Positions 8,201-17,619 of a stretch of 58,820 bases of DNA are shown one piece after another. Positions within the stretch are counted from its first letter, which is position 1; each line of letters starts with the position of its first letter. The notes beneath the pieces were generated by a model. That model ran no database searches. It saw only the letters and a program-made list of their open reading frames with translations, and was not told the DNA's origin. Source of the stretch: Parcubacteria group bacterium GW2011_GWB1_40_14 (lineage in GTDB: Bacteria > Patescibacteriota > Minisyncoccia > Terrybacterales > GWB1-40-14); assembly GCA_000996085.1 (NCBI GenBank), contig LBYG01000002.1, positions 1 through 58,820 on the forward strand, given 5' to 3'. Both the position numbers and the translations under genes were made by a program.

Positions 8201-11149
8201 CAAGTCGATGTTTATATTACCGATCCGACATTATATGCTCCTATTTTGGGTTCGGTTTCTGTTTCTGACGGTCAAACTAAAGATTTGGGAATAATCACGT
8301 TGAAAAAGAAAAGCGAACTTATCCGCGGTCGTGTTTACGGACCAAACGGTGAAGGTGTCGGTGGCGCAGAAGTTAAAGGTTATTTGTCAGGGACGACTAA
8401 TTCTATTGTAGCGCTTACCAAATCAGACGGATCATATGAACTCAATGTTACAGCTGGTACTTGGAACATAGGTTTGAATCCCAATACCTTGGGTGGTTAT
8501 GCGTATAATGGAGCAGCGCGTAGTATTGCTGTTGCTGCGGGATCAACCGTTTCTTCTGTTGATTTCGCTTTGAGTAAAGCCGGTTCAGTTTTATCCGGTA
8601 ACGTTGTTGATGCATCCGGACAAATAATCACGGGTTTTTATGGGCATGTTGGTGTAATGCCGCAGGATGGATTCGGGACCTCTACTCAAGGTTATTACGG
8701 ATATGCGGAATTCGGCGCATTTACAATTGCGCTTCCTCCGGGAAATTATAACGTACAGGTATATCCTGCTTACGGTTCAAATTATTCTCCAAGCGCTTCG
8801 GTGCCTGTAACTGTTTTATCGGGAACAACCGCTAAGGTTTTAGTAAAGATAAACGCCGGAAACAGTATTATACAGGGCACCATTAGAAATTCTGCCGGCA
8901 GTCCAATAAGCGGAGTAAAGATGAAAGTATTTGTTTCAAATAATAAAGGTGTTTGGAATGAGACAGATGTTAATACGACAAGCGGAACATATAAACTTTC
9001 ACTTTTTGCTGATTCTTGGCAGTTGGGTTTGAGAGTTGACGGTTCAGGATATATTCCCGGTTCACTTTTATCTGTGAATCTTATTTCGGGTCAGACACTT
9101 ACTCAGGATATTGCTGTTAGTGCCGCAAGCTCAACGATAATTGGGAAAATAACTTCTCCTTTGGGTGCGGGGGTAGCCAATGTTCAGGTTTCAGCTGATT
9201 ACAATAGTTTTAGTCAGCCGTTAACTACATCTTCTTTCATAAATTCTTTCAGAGCTACAACTGACGCGAGCGGAAATTATAAAATTGCTTTGTTGCCGGG
9301 GACTTATTATCTGCATACTTATGTAAGTTCGGGCGGCGAATTTATAGGTTCTGAAGAGAAAACCGTTATGGTGGTAGCAGGAGAAACCAAAACGGTGGAT
9401 TTGGTTTTGAGATCACCAAATCTCACGATATCCGGAAAAGTATTTGAGGGCGGGCAAGGCAGGCCGGCATTTGTATGGGCATGGGGTGAAAGCGGTGGTG
9501 GTTTTAGTACTACTGCATCTTCAGACGGCTCATACGTGTTGAAATTAAGTCCGGGAAAATGGAAGGTCGGAGCCTCTTATGAACGCGATCAAATATTATT
9601 TAAAGCGTCCGAAATCGCAATAGAACTATTTTCCGGAGAGAATAAATCATTAGATATATTCTTAATTGATTCACGGATTTTCTTGTCTGCTCCTATAGTT
9701 AAAACGGGCACTACGTCTACCGATCAGGTTGTTACAAATGAAACAGGCGTAAGCATTAATATTCCATCAAACTCTATTGCTGTGACAGGATCTGTAACAG
9801 TAACCCTTTCTTCATCGACAGATGCGCCTTCGCAGGGTACTGCTAACGTTATTGGTGTTGCGTATGAAGTTGAAGTTAAGGATGAAAATGGTCAGGCAGT
9901 TACAACTCTTAATGTTCCGGCAACCGTAAGTATTCCTTACAATGAAACATTAATAAGCGCAGGCGAAGAAGCATTTTTGGATCTGGCTTTTTGGGATGAA
10001 GCGCTGGGCGCTTGGCAAGATGTTACTTCTACCGTGGTAGATACAAATAACAATATTATTACCGGTTCAGTAACTCATTTGACTAGATTTGCTATTGTGC
10101 GTCCGGCCGATATCACTCCTCCTGCGTCGCCTTCTACTGTTCGCGCTCAAGTGTCTGCCGATAAAATAACTTTCAGTTGGATCAATCCAAGTGCTGATTT
10201 CCATAGCGCTAAAGTTTATCGCTCCACGGTTGCGGGAGAAAAAGGCAGCAAGGTTGCCGAAAATATTACACTTGCAAATTGGTCCGATTCTTCGGTGCAG
10301 AATGGCACGAAGTATTATTACAACATTAAATCAGTAGACTTAGCCGGAAATGAATCTACGAGTCTTGCACAAACCGCTGTAATAGCTGGAGAAATTTCTT
10401 CATCACAAACAGTTGGTCCTTATCCTTCAGGCACTTTGTTCAAAGTCGGAAGTAATCCTACGGTTTGGTATGTCGATAACGGTAAACGTCGTGGTATTCC
10501 ATCACTAGGGGTTTTTGAATCAAGATTTGATTGGAAGAACGTAAAAAATATTACAGACGCTACTCATACTGAACTTTATACCGAAGATTCCGCAATAGGT
10601 TATCCTGACGGCCTGCTTATTAAGGGTAGCGCTCCGACAGTTTATATTATTGCTGATGGCAAAAAACTACCCGTTACAACAGCCGAAGCATTCAATGCTT
10701 TGGGATATAAGTGGGAAAATATCCGTACCGTAAATGATTCAGAATTAAGCCTGCATTCGACCGGAGCCAGCTTATCGACAGCCGTAAGTTATCCAAGCGG
10801 ATCATTAATACAGAAAGAAGGGGATCCAACAGTATGGTTTGTAGATAATGGTGTTCGAAGAGGCATTCCGACGCTCGATGTATTCAATATACGGAAGCTT
10901 GATTTCAAGAGAGTCATTAAAGTCCTTTCTTCTGTGCTGGAAAGCATTCAAATAGGCAACGCGCTGGCATATCCGGATTATACTTTGATTAAGGGCTCCG
11001 CTCCCGAAGTTTATTTTGTTGAGGGCGGAAAGAAGCGCCACATTACTTCCGGTGAAATATTTAATACCAACCAATTTGATTGGGCGGCAATAAGAAATGT
11101 ACCAGATAGCGTATTGAATCTGATGGTCACAGGCAGCAATTTGGAATAA
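5222..11149 (+). CDS. Giant secreted surface protein (PKD, fibronectin type III and carboxypeptidase-regulatory-like repeats, four C-terminal ~60-aa repeats)
   Basis: Signal/TM; FDWGDG (PKD); DTTAPTAPTGL...WNASTDNVGVTNYKIFR (FN3); repeated SGTV..SSG..VAGA units; Ser/Thr-rich. Confidence 0.85.
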   Translation: MYSLILSKQKRVVPAFVVAVLISAAFIFGIIFNAKGATFNITSPSGGTCYVYGTSIPISWTASTLPGVNHYAVYYTTNDGSTKTLIPGGHPVTGNSISWTPETSVIGFPIKIVIDGHDSAHTTLESAMSSTSFGVSTSCGGGSSAPPVPGTIAGAPSGTVGTSYNFSVILYSDPDGQQVQAVFDWGDGSSFGYSTFITPSGGGTSTTPIGHVWNTSGTYYVKAKAKDSGGAESGWTSTWAITISGATGCSSVPPAPSSLTATPSSSQVALSWPVVTCADKYNIYRRSPASTGTWSYVLQVTTTSHSDSSSISPGSSYDYKVESCLSGYGCSGNSDNYAYAYNVLIPGGTDTTAPTAPTGLTATPYSVSRIDLSWNASTDNVGVTNYKIFRNSAFWYQTSALSYADTGLTSNTTYSYYIKAVDAAGNESTASATASAVTPSGTASCTGLSLTFANNDTSYVIGDMVTYTYICIPGGTAPNVTVQVVSPGGTATTYNTATNVSQNTLGFSTSNLSAGDYTLRACFTSSCSPVTVSAVFSVVSGTTGDNTAPVISNLGEQDIIGMGAKVKWLTDDPSDSFVEYGTSFGNYTNNSSSYCYGSGLVTDHCLYLTNLTLNTTYFYRVRSVNAAGLQIQATGDFQSASGTDTSGVPPTPTNFRLEPAPVSSPTPTIYLKWNVSTDADKYNLSRSQHGLNNWTYFPQLMGNTNTSYADSSVGVSVYYDYRVEACHSGYGCSTSSAYLTNVSVGGTSTTTTQNGSVSGTVKTSSGVAVAGANINIRSSDNVYNFYTTAASDGTYHFNNLFPYSYILTAYPPSNRTDLSPSSAQSVSIAADQNTVRDLQLISGTKILTGKVLRNDGRAVTYAEVGAWRADGQPGGGMAATDSNGNYSITLSGGKWNVSVHPSSASVSSADWFYNSEPTLIEFIADSTTENKSVNFTVASQSSFIIGSVRYPDGSIPPASLSSVGFFNSTTRIGAVSSIAADGTFKVAIAAGTYQVDVYITDPTLYAPILGSVSVSDGQTKDLGIITLKKKSELIRGRVYGPNGEGVGGAEVKGYLSGTTNSIVALTKSDGSYELNVTAGTWNIGLNPNTLGGYAYNGAARSIAVAAGSTVSSVDFALSKAGSVLSGNVVDASGQIITGFYGHVGVMPQDGFGTSTQGYYGYAEFGAFTIALPPGNYNVQVYPAYGSNYSPSASVPVTVLSGTTAKVLVKINAGNSIIQGTIRNSAGSPISGVKMKVFVSNNKGVWNETDVNTTSGTYKLSLFADSWQLGLRVDGSGYIPGSLLSVNLISGQTLTQDIAVSAASSTIIGKITSPLGAGVANVQVSADYNSFSQPLTTSSFINSFRATTDASGNYKIALLPGTYYLHTYVSSGGEFIGSEEKTVMVVAGETKTVDLVLRSPNLTISGKVFEGGQGRPAFVWAWGESGGGFSTTASSDGSYVLKLSPGKWKVGASYERDQILFKASEIAIELFSGENKSLDIFLIDSRIFLSAPIVKTGTTSTDQVVTNETGVSINIPSNSIAVTGSVTVTLSSSTDAPSQGTANVIGVAYEVEVKDENGQAVTTLNVPATVSIPYNETLISAGEEAFLDLAFWDEALGAWQDVTSTVVDTNNNIITGSVTHLTRFAIVRPADITPPASPSTVRAQVSADKITFSWINPSADFHSAKVYRSTVAGEKGSKVAENITLANWSDSSVQNGTKYYYNIKSVDLAGNESTSLAQTAVIAGEISSSQTVGPYPSGTLFKVGSNPTVWYVDNGKRRGIPSLGVFESRFDWKNVKNITDATHTELYTEDSAIGYPDGLLIKGSAPTVYIIADGKKLPVTTAEAFNALGYKWENIRTVNDSELSLHSTGASLSTAVSYPSGSLIQKEGDPTVWFVDNGVRRGIPTLDVFNIRKLDFKRVIKVLSSVLESIQIGNALAYPDYTLIKGSAPEVYFVEGGKKRHITSGEIFNTNQFDWAAIRNVPDSVLNLMVTGSNLE

Positions 11150-11186
11150 TTTTACCGTAAGGTCTTAGCGTTGTCATAATAGAGTT

Positions 11187-11222
11187 AAAGTCCCGGCTCG
11201 GATTATACGGGACGGGACTTTT
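11187..11222 (+). terminator. Intrinsic terminator-like hairpin
   Basis: AAAGTCCCG...CGGGACTTTT. Confidence 0.55.
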
Positions 11223-11227
11223 AAAAA

Positions 11228-12025
11228 ATGAATATTATCGGAAAATTAAAATATAAGATACTTGTCGCAGTTTTTGTTGTGCTTTTCGTTGCGGGCGGGA
11301 TCTTGTCTTTGAGGATATCTTTTGTAGCGGAACATCCTTTAATTAAAACTTTTTTATTTTCCAAGACTGATTTAAAATTTAAATCAGATAAACTACATTA
11401 TTATGACAATCCAAATATTTCTTTGGAGCGCGTGCATGTGCAGGCGTTTTATTTAGTGCCGCGTAAATCTTTAAATGACTTTACTTTATCGTGGAAAGAA
11501 GATTTTACCGGAGCATTGGAAGAATTAAAAAAATTTCATGAAAGCCAGTTTGGCAACAGTTCGGAATTAACTTTTTCTTTGTTGGATATTCCGGTAGTCG
11601 CTCCTAATGAATTTGTTGATTCATTGCCGACAGGATTGAGGCGCGCAACTCTAGTTGATCTGGAACCAATTGATAAGTTTATTGAGGATAATATCACCAA
11701 ATCAAGCGCGCCTTTTTATCGTAAGGCATTTGTAGATATTCCTAATAACGCCTATGCAGTTAAAGTAATTTTTGTTGAAGGAGTTTCTGCTGTAGGTAGC
11801 GAAGGAATGCTTCTTTTATCGCGTAATTATATTACCGACCCAGCTATAGGATACGGCACCTCTGTTTTAGCTCACGAGTTCGGACACACTTTGGGCATGC
11901 CGGATTTATATGATTATGAAACATACGAAGATTATTCAGATGACTTAATGGGATCCGGTCGTTACCGCGCAATTAACTATGTTTATTTCAGTGATGATAT
12001 AAAAAGAAGAATGGGCATAAAATAA
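11228..12025 (+). CDS. Membrane-anchored zinc metallopeptidase (M6/InhA-like motif)
   Basis: AHEFGHTLGMPDLY...DLMG; N-terminal TM helix. Confidence 0.75.
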   Translation: MNIIGKLKYKILVAVFVVLFVAGGILSLRISFVAEHPLIKTFLFSKTDLKFKSDKLHYYDNPNISLERVHVQAFYLVPRKSLNDFTLSWKEDFTGALEELKKFHESQFGNSSELTFSLLDIPVVAPNEFVDSLPTGLRRATLVDLEPIDKFIEDNITKSSAPFYRKAFVDIPNNAYAVKVIFVEGVSAVGSEGMLLLSRNYITDPAIGYGTSVLAHEFGHTLGMPDLYDYETYEDYSDDLMGSGRYRAINYVYFSDDIKRRMGIK

Positions 12026-12035
12026 ATTGGATATT

Positions 12036-14093
12036 ATGAAATTTTTAAAGAAAAAAGAAATTACTATAGAACAAGAACATCTACATCCGTCCAAAGGAAG
12101 TATTAGGCGTAAATTCGTGAGAATTTTCATTATTTTGGGTATTTTGCCGATAATTGCTTTGGGTATTGCGGGTATAGTTTTTTTAACTATTTCACGACAG
12201 CAAAGCATAGAAGAGACGGAAACGCTTCTTTTGAGACAGAAGACTGAAGAAACGGCCCGTTTCATTGATGAAACGCTTGATACGTTTGAAATACAAGTTA
12301 GTTATACATCACAAGTTCCGCCGTGGCCGGGATTTCAATCGGTTGATGCTATTAAGCTTTCAAACGGTTATACCTGCAATTCGCCGTATGATAATTTGTG
12401 CGATGAACAGCTGTTCTTTTTGGAGGGGTTATTGGCTGCTAATCGTAATTTAGTGGAAGTAGCTTTTATTAATACAATTCTTCCCACAGCCCAGACAAAT
12501 GTCCCTCCGGCAGGAAAGGAGACAAAAAGATTGTCTCGTTTTTATGATATACCTACAGATTGCGGGTTAGAATCTAGTCCGCAAACCGTAGAGGAATGTG
12601 AATATTACGCATACTATCCGAATTCAGATTTATTCCGTGCCGTTTCTTCAGGGAAAAACTATATAGGAAAACCGTATAAAACCCTTGATGGTTATTACAT
12701 AACCATAGCGGCTCCTGTGTACAGTAATACAATTAAAAATGATAAAGGGGAGATAATTGAGGGCGGTTATATTGTTTCGGGTTTACGCGGTGAACTTTCG
12801 CTTAAACCGCTGAATAATATTTTTGCTTCAGCAATACTTGGCGAAGCCGGTTATGCCTATCTTGTTGATGAGTTCGGCTCACCAATTGCCTCAAGTGTGG
12901 GCAAGGATTTTCCGCAAGGTCTTCTTATCACTAATCCGTTAACCGAAAAATTAAATAATAATGTTTCTGTAACCGGAATCAGCGTGTATAAGAACCTTTT
13001 TGGCGAGACGGTTGTTGCTTCGGCAAAGCCGGTAGGCCGGCTTAATTTAGGCGTTGTAGTTGAATGGCCATATTCCGATGCGTATTCAATAGTTTATTCA
13101 ATAGCTAATCAGGTAGTTTTTTTCATGATCTTGATACTGGTTGCAATTATTGTATTGAGTAGAACTCTTGCGCGACAAATAACAAAACCTATTTCGATAT
13201 TGCAGTTTGCCGCTTCACGCATAGGAAAGGGTTCTTTTGACCCGATATCCGAAATAAAAACAGGAGATGAATTGGAACTTTTGGCGCATTCGCTAAATGA
13301 TATGTCGCATGAACTTAGGGATTTGGATGAATTGAAACGTAAGGCGGGGGAGGCTAAGCTTTTGGAGTTGAGTTTAGCTAAAGAAAAAGAGCTTGTCGAT
13401 ATAAAAGATTCTTTTTTGGATACCGCCTCGCATCAGTTGCGTACTCCTATTTCAGCCATAAAGTGGCAACTGGAATTGTTGTTGGGCGAAGATATTCCGC
13501 CCACAGATAAAGAGTTGGTTGCGGGAGCTTACGAACATGCCGAATTTTTATCCGAAATTTCCACTGATCTTATTAACGCGGCAAGTTATGGCATCGGATA
13601 TAAAGCAAAGGACATGGTTGAAGTATCCATATCTAAACTTTTAACTGAAATTTGCGAGCATTTTGCTGGCGCTATTGAAAAAAATAAGATCAAGTTTGTT
13701 AATACGCCCCTGCCGGAAGATATTAAAATTAAAGCAAGCTATCCGGCTTTAAGGGTTCTTTTTGAAAATATCTTAGGGAATGCGATCAGGTATACAAAAC
13801 CTGAAGGACAAATAACAATTACAGTAATTAAACAGGAAAATTCTGTGGAAATTAGAGTTGCCGATACAGGAATAGGTATACCATCCGAAGAACATAAAAT
13901 GGTATTTACGCAGTTTTTCCGCGCGGTGAATGCGATAGATACAAGAAATGTCGGGACTGGTCTTGGATTATATATATCTAGGAATATTGTTTGGGGGCAC
14001 GAAGGCAACATTTGGTTTACATCTGAGCTAGGTAAAGGCTCAACTTTTTTTGTGGGTTTGCCTATAAATAAAGCTCCGATTGTTGCGCAGTAA
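12036..14093 (+). CDS. Sensor histidine kinase (Cache-like periplasmic region, HAMP, HisKA, HATPase); no response regulator in the window
   Basis: Two TM helices; SHQLRTP (H box), NAIRY (N), DTGIGI (G1), GTGLGL (G2). Confidence 0.9.
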   Translation: MKFLKKKEITIEQEHLHPSKGSIRRKFVRIFIILGILPIIALGIAGIVFLTISRQQSIEETETLLLRQKTEETARFIDETLDTFEIQVSYTSQVPPWPGFQSVDAIKLSNGYTCNSPYDNLCDEQLFFLEGLLAANRNLVEVAFINTILPTAQTNVPPAGKETKRLSRFYDIPTDCGLESSPQTVEECEYYAYYPNSDLFRAVSSGKNYIGKPYKTLDGYYITIAAPVYSNTIKNDKGEIIEGGYIVSGLRGELSLKPLNNIFASAILGEAGYAYLVDEFGSPIASSVGKDFPQGLLITNPLTEKLNNNVSVTGISVYKNLFGETVVASAKPVGRLNLGVVVEWPYSDAYSIVYSIANQVVFFMILILVAIIVLSRTLARQITKPISILQFAASRIGKGSFDPISEIKTGDELELLAHSLNDMSHELRDLDELKRKAGEAKLLELSLAKEKELVDIKDSFLDTASHQLRTPISAIKWQLELLLGEDIPPTDKELVAGAYEHAEFLSEISTDLINAASYGIGYKAKDMVEVSISKLLTEICEHFAGAIEKNKIKFVNTPLPEDIKIKASYPALRVLFENILGNAIRYTKPEGQITITVIKQENSVEIRVADTGIGIPSEEHKMVFTQFFRAVNAIDTRNVGTGLGLYISRNIVWGHEGNIWFTSELGKGSTFFVGLPINKAPIVAQ

Positions 14094-14151
14094 GTAATTA
14101 TGCTAAATATTTAGCCGGTTCTAGTTTTCAATAAAGCCAGGATTGGCTTTG

Positions 14152-14278
14152 CCTCGTTAGAAATTTACAAAATTATTAGAATCGATTGGAAATATTTTAT
14201 AGAAGATGTGCTTGCTTTAGCGAGAAAAAGCCGTGGCTTTTTCTCGCTATTAACTTTAAACGTAAATTTCTAACGGGG
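14152..14278. mobile_element. MITE-like TIR element, family A copy 2
   Basis: CCTCGTTAGAAATTTAC...GTAAATTTCTAACGGGG flanked by CTTTG/CTTTG; internal hairpin TAGCGAGAAAAAGCC-GT-GGCTTTTTCTCGCTA. Confidence 0.7.
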
Positions 14279-14369
14279 CTTTGACTTTTTGGCCTTTTGG
14301 GTATTACAATAGGGAAGGCTTGTCCAGCCCTGATTTCAGTAAAAATCAGAGCTGGATTTAATTTGGTTT

Positions 14370-16151
14370 ATGGAATTACCAAAAATAATTAATAAATTTG
14401 GCTTTTTAAAGCGAGTATTTATAGTTTTTTACCCGATAAGATGGGTTTTTAGAATTGGAAAGAAGTTGGTTTTGCGGGTTCTTATTAAACCGCTGAGAAT
14501 TGTTTTAAAGCTGCTTAAGTGGATTTTTAGGGGCGTTTTTGGGTTTTTGTGGTCTATATCTTCACCCGTAAGAGCACCCGTTAAAAAGGTATTTGTTTTG
14601 GTTGCTCGTGGCGTTGAAGGTGTGGGTAGTAGTACTATTTGGGCGGGTAAATTTACGTTTGGTATAGTTTTTTGGCCATTTAAGAAGTTATGGTTATTTT
14701 CTCCTTTACGCAAAGGAATCGAGAAAAGAAAACAGAGGCGCAATATTTTGGTGTTGATTTTTTTGTTCACTTTCTTATCTTTGTTTGTTATTTATCCGCA
14801 AATTTGGAATTATCCCTATGATCAGGTGCAGCCTAAATTGTGGGGTGGTATAGAATACTTATCTTCAAAATATAACCAACCGCAGTTTAAAGAATGGGCT
14901 TCTAAAATAAAAATAACTAAAATTGACGAATCGCCCTTTCTTTTGGGATTAGATTTGCAGGGCGGCACGCAATTAGTATATGAAGCTGATCTAACCAATA
15001 TTTCCTCTGAAGATCAGAAAAGTGCTTTGGAATCTTTACGCGATGTTATAGAACGGCGCGTAAATAGTTTCGGAGTACGTGAGCCGCAAGTGCAATTGGA
15101 AAAAACCGGCGATTCAAATCGTCTTATGGTTGAATTAGCCGGCGTAAAGGATATTAATCAGGCTATTCAGTCTATAGGCAAAACTCCGTTTCTTGAATTT
15201 CGTGAGGAGAGGAGCGAAGAGGAGCTTGATGCGATAAGGCAAGGACCGGGAGGGGGCGTGCAATTATCTGAAGAGCAATTAAATACCGCCGAACTTTTAT
15301 TTAAACCGGCTAAACTCACCGGACAATATCTTAGTCGTGCTGAACTTACTTTTGATCCAACAACAAATCAGCCTACTGTTGCGCTCCGCTTTAACGATGA
15401 AGGCAAAGAAATTTTCAGAGAAATCACAGCAGCCAATGTGGGCAAGCGTCTCGCTATTTTTTTGGATGGCCAGATAGTAAGCGCCCCGACAGTTCAACAG
15501 GAGATTCCTTCGGGAGAAGCTATCATTAGCGGAAGTTTTTCTATACCTGAGGCCGAGGCTTTAGTTAAGGATTTGAATGCAGGAGCCTTACCGGTTCCAA
15601 TTAATCTTATTTCCCAACAAAGCGTTGGAGCAACTCTGGGTCAGGAATCTTTGAGCAATATAATTTTTGCAGGCACCATAGGTTTGCTTGGGGTTATTAT
15701 TTTTATGCTGTTGTTATACCGCATACCCGGTATTATTGCGGTTTTGGCTCTTACGATCTATGCAGTTTTAACTTTGACTATATTTAAATTATTGCCCGTA
15801 ACCTTTACTTTACCCGGCATTGCCGGATTTATTCTTTCTGTTGGTATGGCTGTCGACGCCAACATTCTTATTTTTGCGCGCATGCGCGAAGAACGCCAAT
15901 GGGGCCGTTCAGTAGAAGAGAGTATTGAAGCCGGATTTTTGAGAGCCTGGCCCTCAATTCGAGATTCAAATATTGCCACTTTGATTACAACCTTCGTACT
16001 TTATTTTTTAACCACAAGCTTTATACGCGGATTTGCTTTGACCCTTGGTATAGGCGTTTTAATGTCAATGTTTTCAGCCGTATTTATATCAAGATTGCTT
16101 CTTTTACAGATCGTACATACCCGTTTATCTAAATTACAAAAGTTATGGTAA
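14370..16151 (+). CDS. secD: Protein translocase subunit SecD
   Basis: LGLDLQGG, RRVNSFGVREP, AGALPVP, GMAVDANILIFARMREE. Confidence 0.95.
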   Translation: MELPKIINKFGFLKRVFIVFYPIRWVFRIGKKLVLRVLIKPLRIVLKLLKWIFRGVFGFLWSISSPVRAPVKKVFVLVARGVEGVGSSTIWAGKFTFGIVFWPFKKLWLFSPLRKGIEKRKQRRNILVLIFLFTFLSLFVIYPQIWNYPYDQVQPKLWGGIEYLSSKYNQPQFKEWASKIKITKIDESPFLLGLDLQGGTQLVYEADLTNISSEDQKSALESLRDVIERRVNSFGVREPQVQLEKTGDSNRLMVELAGVKDINQAIQSIGKTPFLEFREERSEEELDAIRQGPGGGVQLSEEQLNTAELLFKPAKLTGQYLSRAELTFDPTTNQPTVALRFNDEGKEIFREITAANVGKRLAIFLDGQIVSAPTVQQEIPSGEAIISGSFSIPEAEALVKDLNAGALPVPINLISQQSVGATLGQESLSNIIFAGTIGLLGVIIFMLLLYRIPGIIAVLALTIYAVLTLTIFKLLPVTFTLPGIAGFILSVGMAVDANILIFARMREERQWGRSVEESIEAGFLRAWPSIRDSNIATLITTFVLYFLTTSFIRGFALTLGIGVLMSMFSAVFISRLLLLQIVHTRLSKLQKLW

Positions 16152-17080
16152 TTAAAGAATTCCCCATAATTAAATTTCGTTGGCTATTTCTAGCGGTTTC
16201 GGGAGTATTGATTGTCTCAAGCATAGTTGCCTTAGTTATCTGGGGTTTGCATTTTGGCGTTGAATTTACCGGGGGTTCATTAATGAATGTAAATTTTGAG
16301 GAAAGGGTGCCCACACGGGAAGAAATTATTTCTAAATTATCCGATCAAGATTTAGGAGATATAGCCATTCAAAATGCGGATGAGAAAAATTTAATTTTGC
16401 GTTTCAAGGCGGTTGATGAAAATAAACATCAGGAAATATTAAATAAAATAAAAGAGATAGCTCCCGCGCAAGAAGAACAGTTTACTTCTATCGGCCCGGT
16501 TATAGGAAGTGAATTGAAACAGAAAGCGGCATGGGCTATAGGTTTGGCTATAGTGGGCATAATGATATATATAGCATGGGCATTCCGGAGAGTTTCAAAG
16601 CCTGTTTCTTCGTGGCAATACGGATTTATAGTTTCTTTAGTCGCATTGTTGCATGATGTTATAATTCCTTTGGGCGTTTTCTCTGCGTTGGGACATTATA
16701 TGGGCATTGAAATAAACGTCGCTTTTATAGCCGCGATTCTTACGATTTTAGGTTTTTCGGTTCATGACAGTATTGTAGTATTTGATAGAACTCGCGAGAA
16801 TTTAAGGAGAATATTTGATAAATCTTTTGCTGAGATAGTAAACACGAGCCTTAATCAAACGCTGGGTCGTTCGTTGGCTACTTCCACAACGGTTCTTTTG
16901 ACGATAGCGGCTATTGCTGTTTTTGGCGGACCAGCCGTATTTGATTTTGCTTTAGCTTTATTTATCGGTATTGCTATAGGCACTTATTCATCTATTTTCG
17001 TAGCAGGACCATTGCTTATAGAGTTTCAAAAAATATCTTCTAATTTCAATAATTTAAGACGAGGAAAGCGGAGAAAATAG
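16145..17080 (+). CDS. secF: Protein translocase subunit SecF
   Basis: FGVEFTGG, IGPVIG.EL, GFSVHDSIVVFDRTRE, GTYSSIF. Confidence 0.95.
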   Translation: MVIKEFPIIKFRWLFLAVSGVLIVSSIVALVIWGLHFGVEFTGGSLMNVNFEERVPTREEIISKLSDQDLGDIAIQNADEKNLILRFKAVDENKHQEILNKIKEIAPAQEEQFTSIGPVIGSELKQKAAWAIGLAIVGIMIYIAWAFRRVSKPVSSWQYGFIVSLVALLHDVIIPLGVFSALGHYMGIEINVAFIAAILTILGFSVHDSIVVFDRTRENLRRIFDKSFAEIVNTSLNQTLGRSLATSTTVLLTIAAIAVFGGPAVFDFALALFIGIAIGTYSSIFVAGPLLIEFQKISSNFNNLRRGKRRK

Positions 17081-17146
17081 TTCTAAACGGGATTGACCAT
17101 AAAGGATTATTAAGGTAGTCTATAATTCGTTAATTACTTAAAGCTT

Positions 17147-17572
17147 ATGCAACTTGCAGTTATTAAAACCGGTGGAAAACAATACGTAATAAGCAGAGGA
17201 CAGCGTATCGCTGTTGAGAAACTTCCTTATAATGAAGGAGATGAATTTGATTTTAATGAAGTTTTGGCTTTGGTGTATGCGGGGCAGGTTAAGGTGGGGT
17301 CGCCGTATGTTTCCGGAGCAAAAGTTCGCGGTAAGGTATTGTCTCATGCGTTGCACGATAAAGTTATTGTTTTTAAATTTAAACCCAAAAAACGTCAGAA
17401 ACGCAAAAGAGGACATCGTCAGGCATATACTTTAGTTGAGATTCTGGATATAAAAGATAAAGATGTTAAGGTGTCGGATAATGTTCAAGATACAGAAAAA
17501 AAGCCCGCAGCAGTTTTGCTTCCAAGAAAGGTTGCCCTAAAGCGAGTAACAAAAAAATCAAGCGAAAAATAA
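17147..17572 (+). CDS. rplU: 50S ribosomal protein L21
   Basis: AVIKTGGKQY...GHRQAYT. Confidence 0.95.
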   Translation: MQLAVIKTGGKQYVISRGQRIAVEKLPYNEGDEFDFNEVLALVYAGQVKVGSPYVSGAKVRGKVLSHALHDKVIVFKFKPKKRQKRKRGHRQAYTLVEILDIKDKDVKVSDNVQDTEKKPAAVLLPRKVALKRVTKKSSEK

Positions 17573-17601
17573 AACATCCCGCTATAATAGCGGGATGTTT
17601 T
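17571..17601. terminator. Bidirectional intrinsic terminator
   Basis: AAAACATCCCGCTAT-A-ATAGCGGGATGTTTT between convergent rplU and recR. Confidence 0.8.
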
Positions 17602-17619
17602 GTAAATAGTTAATTAAAA

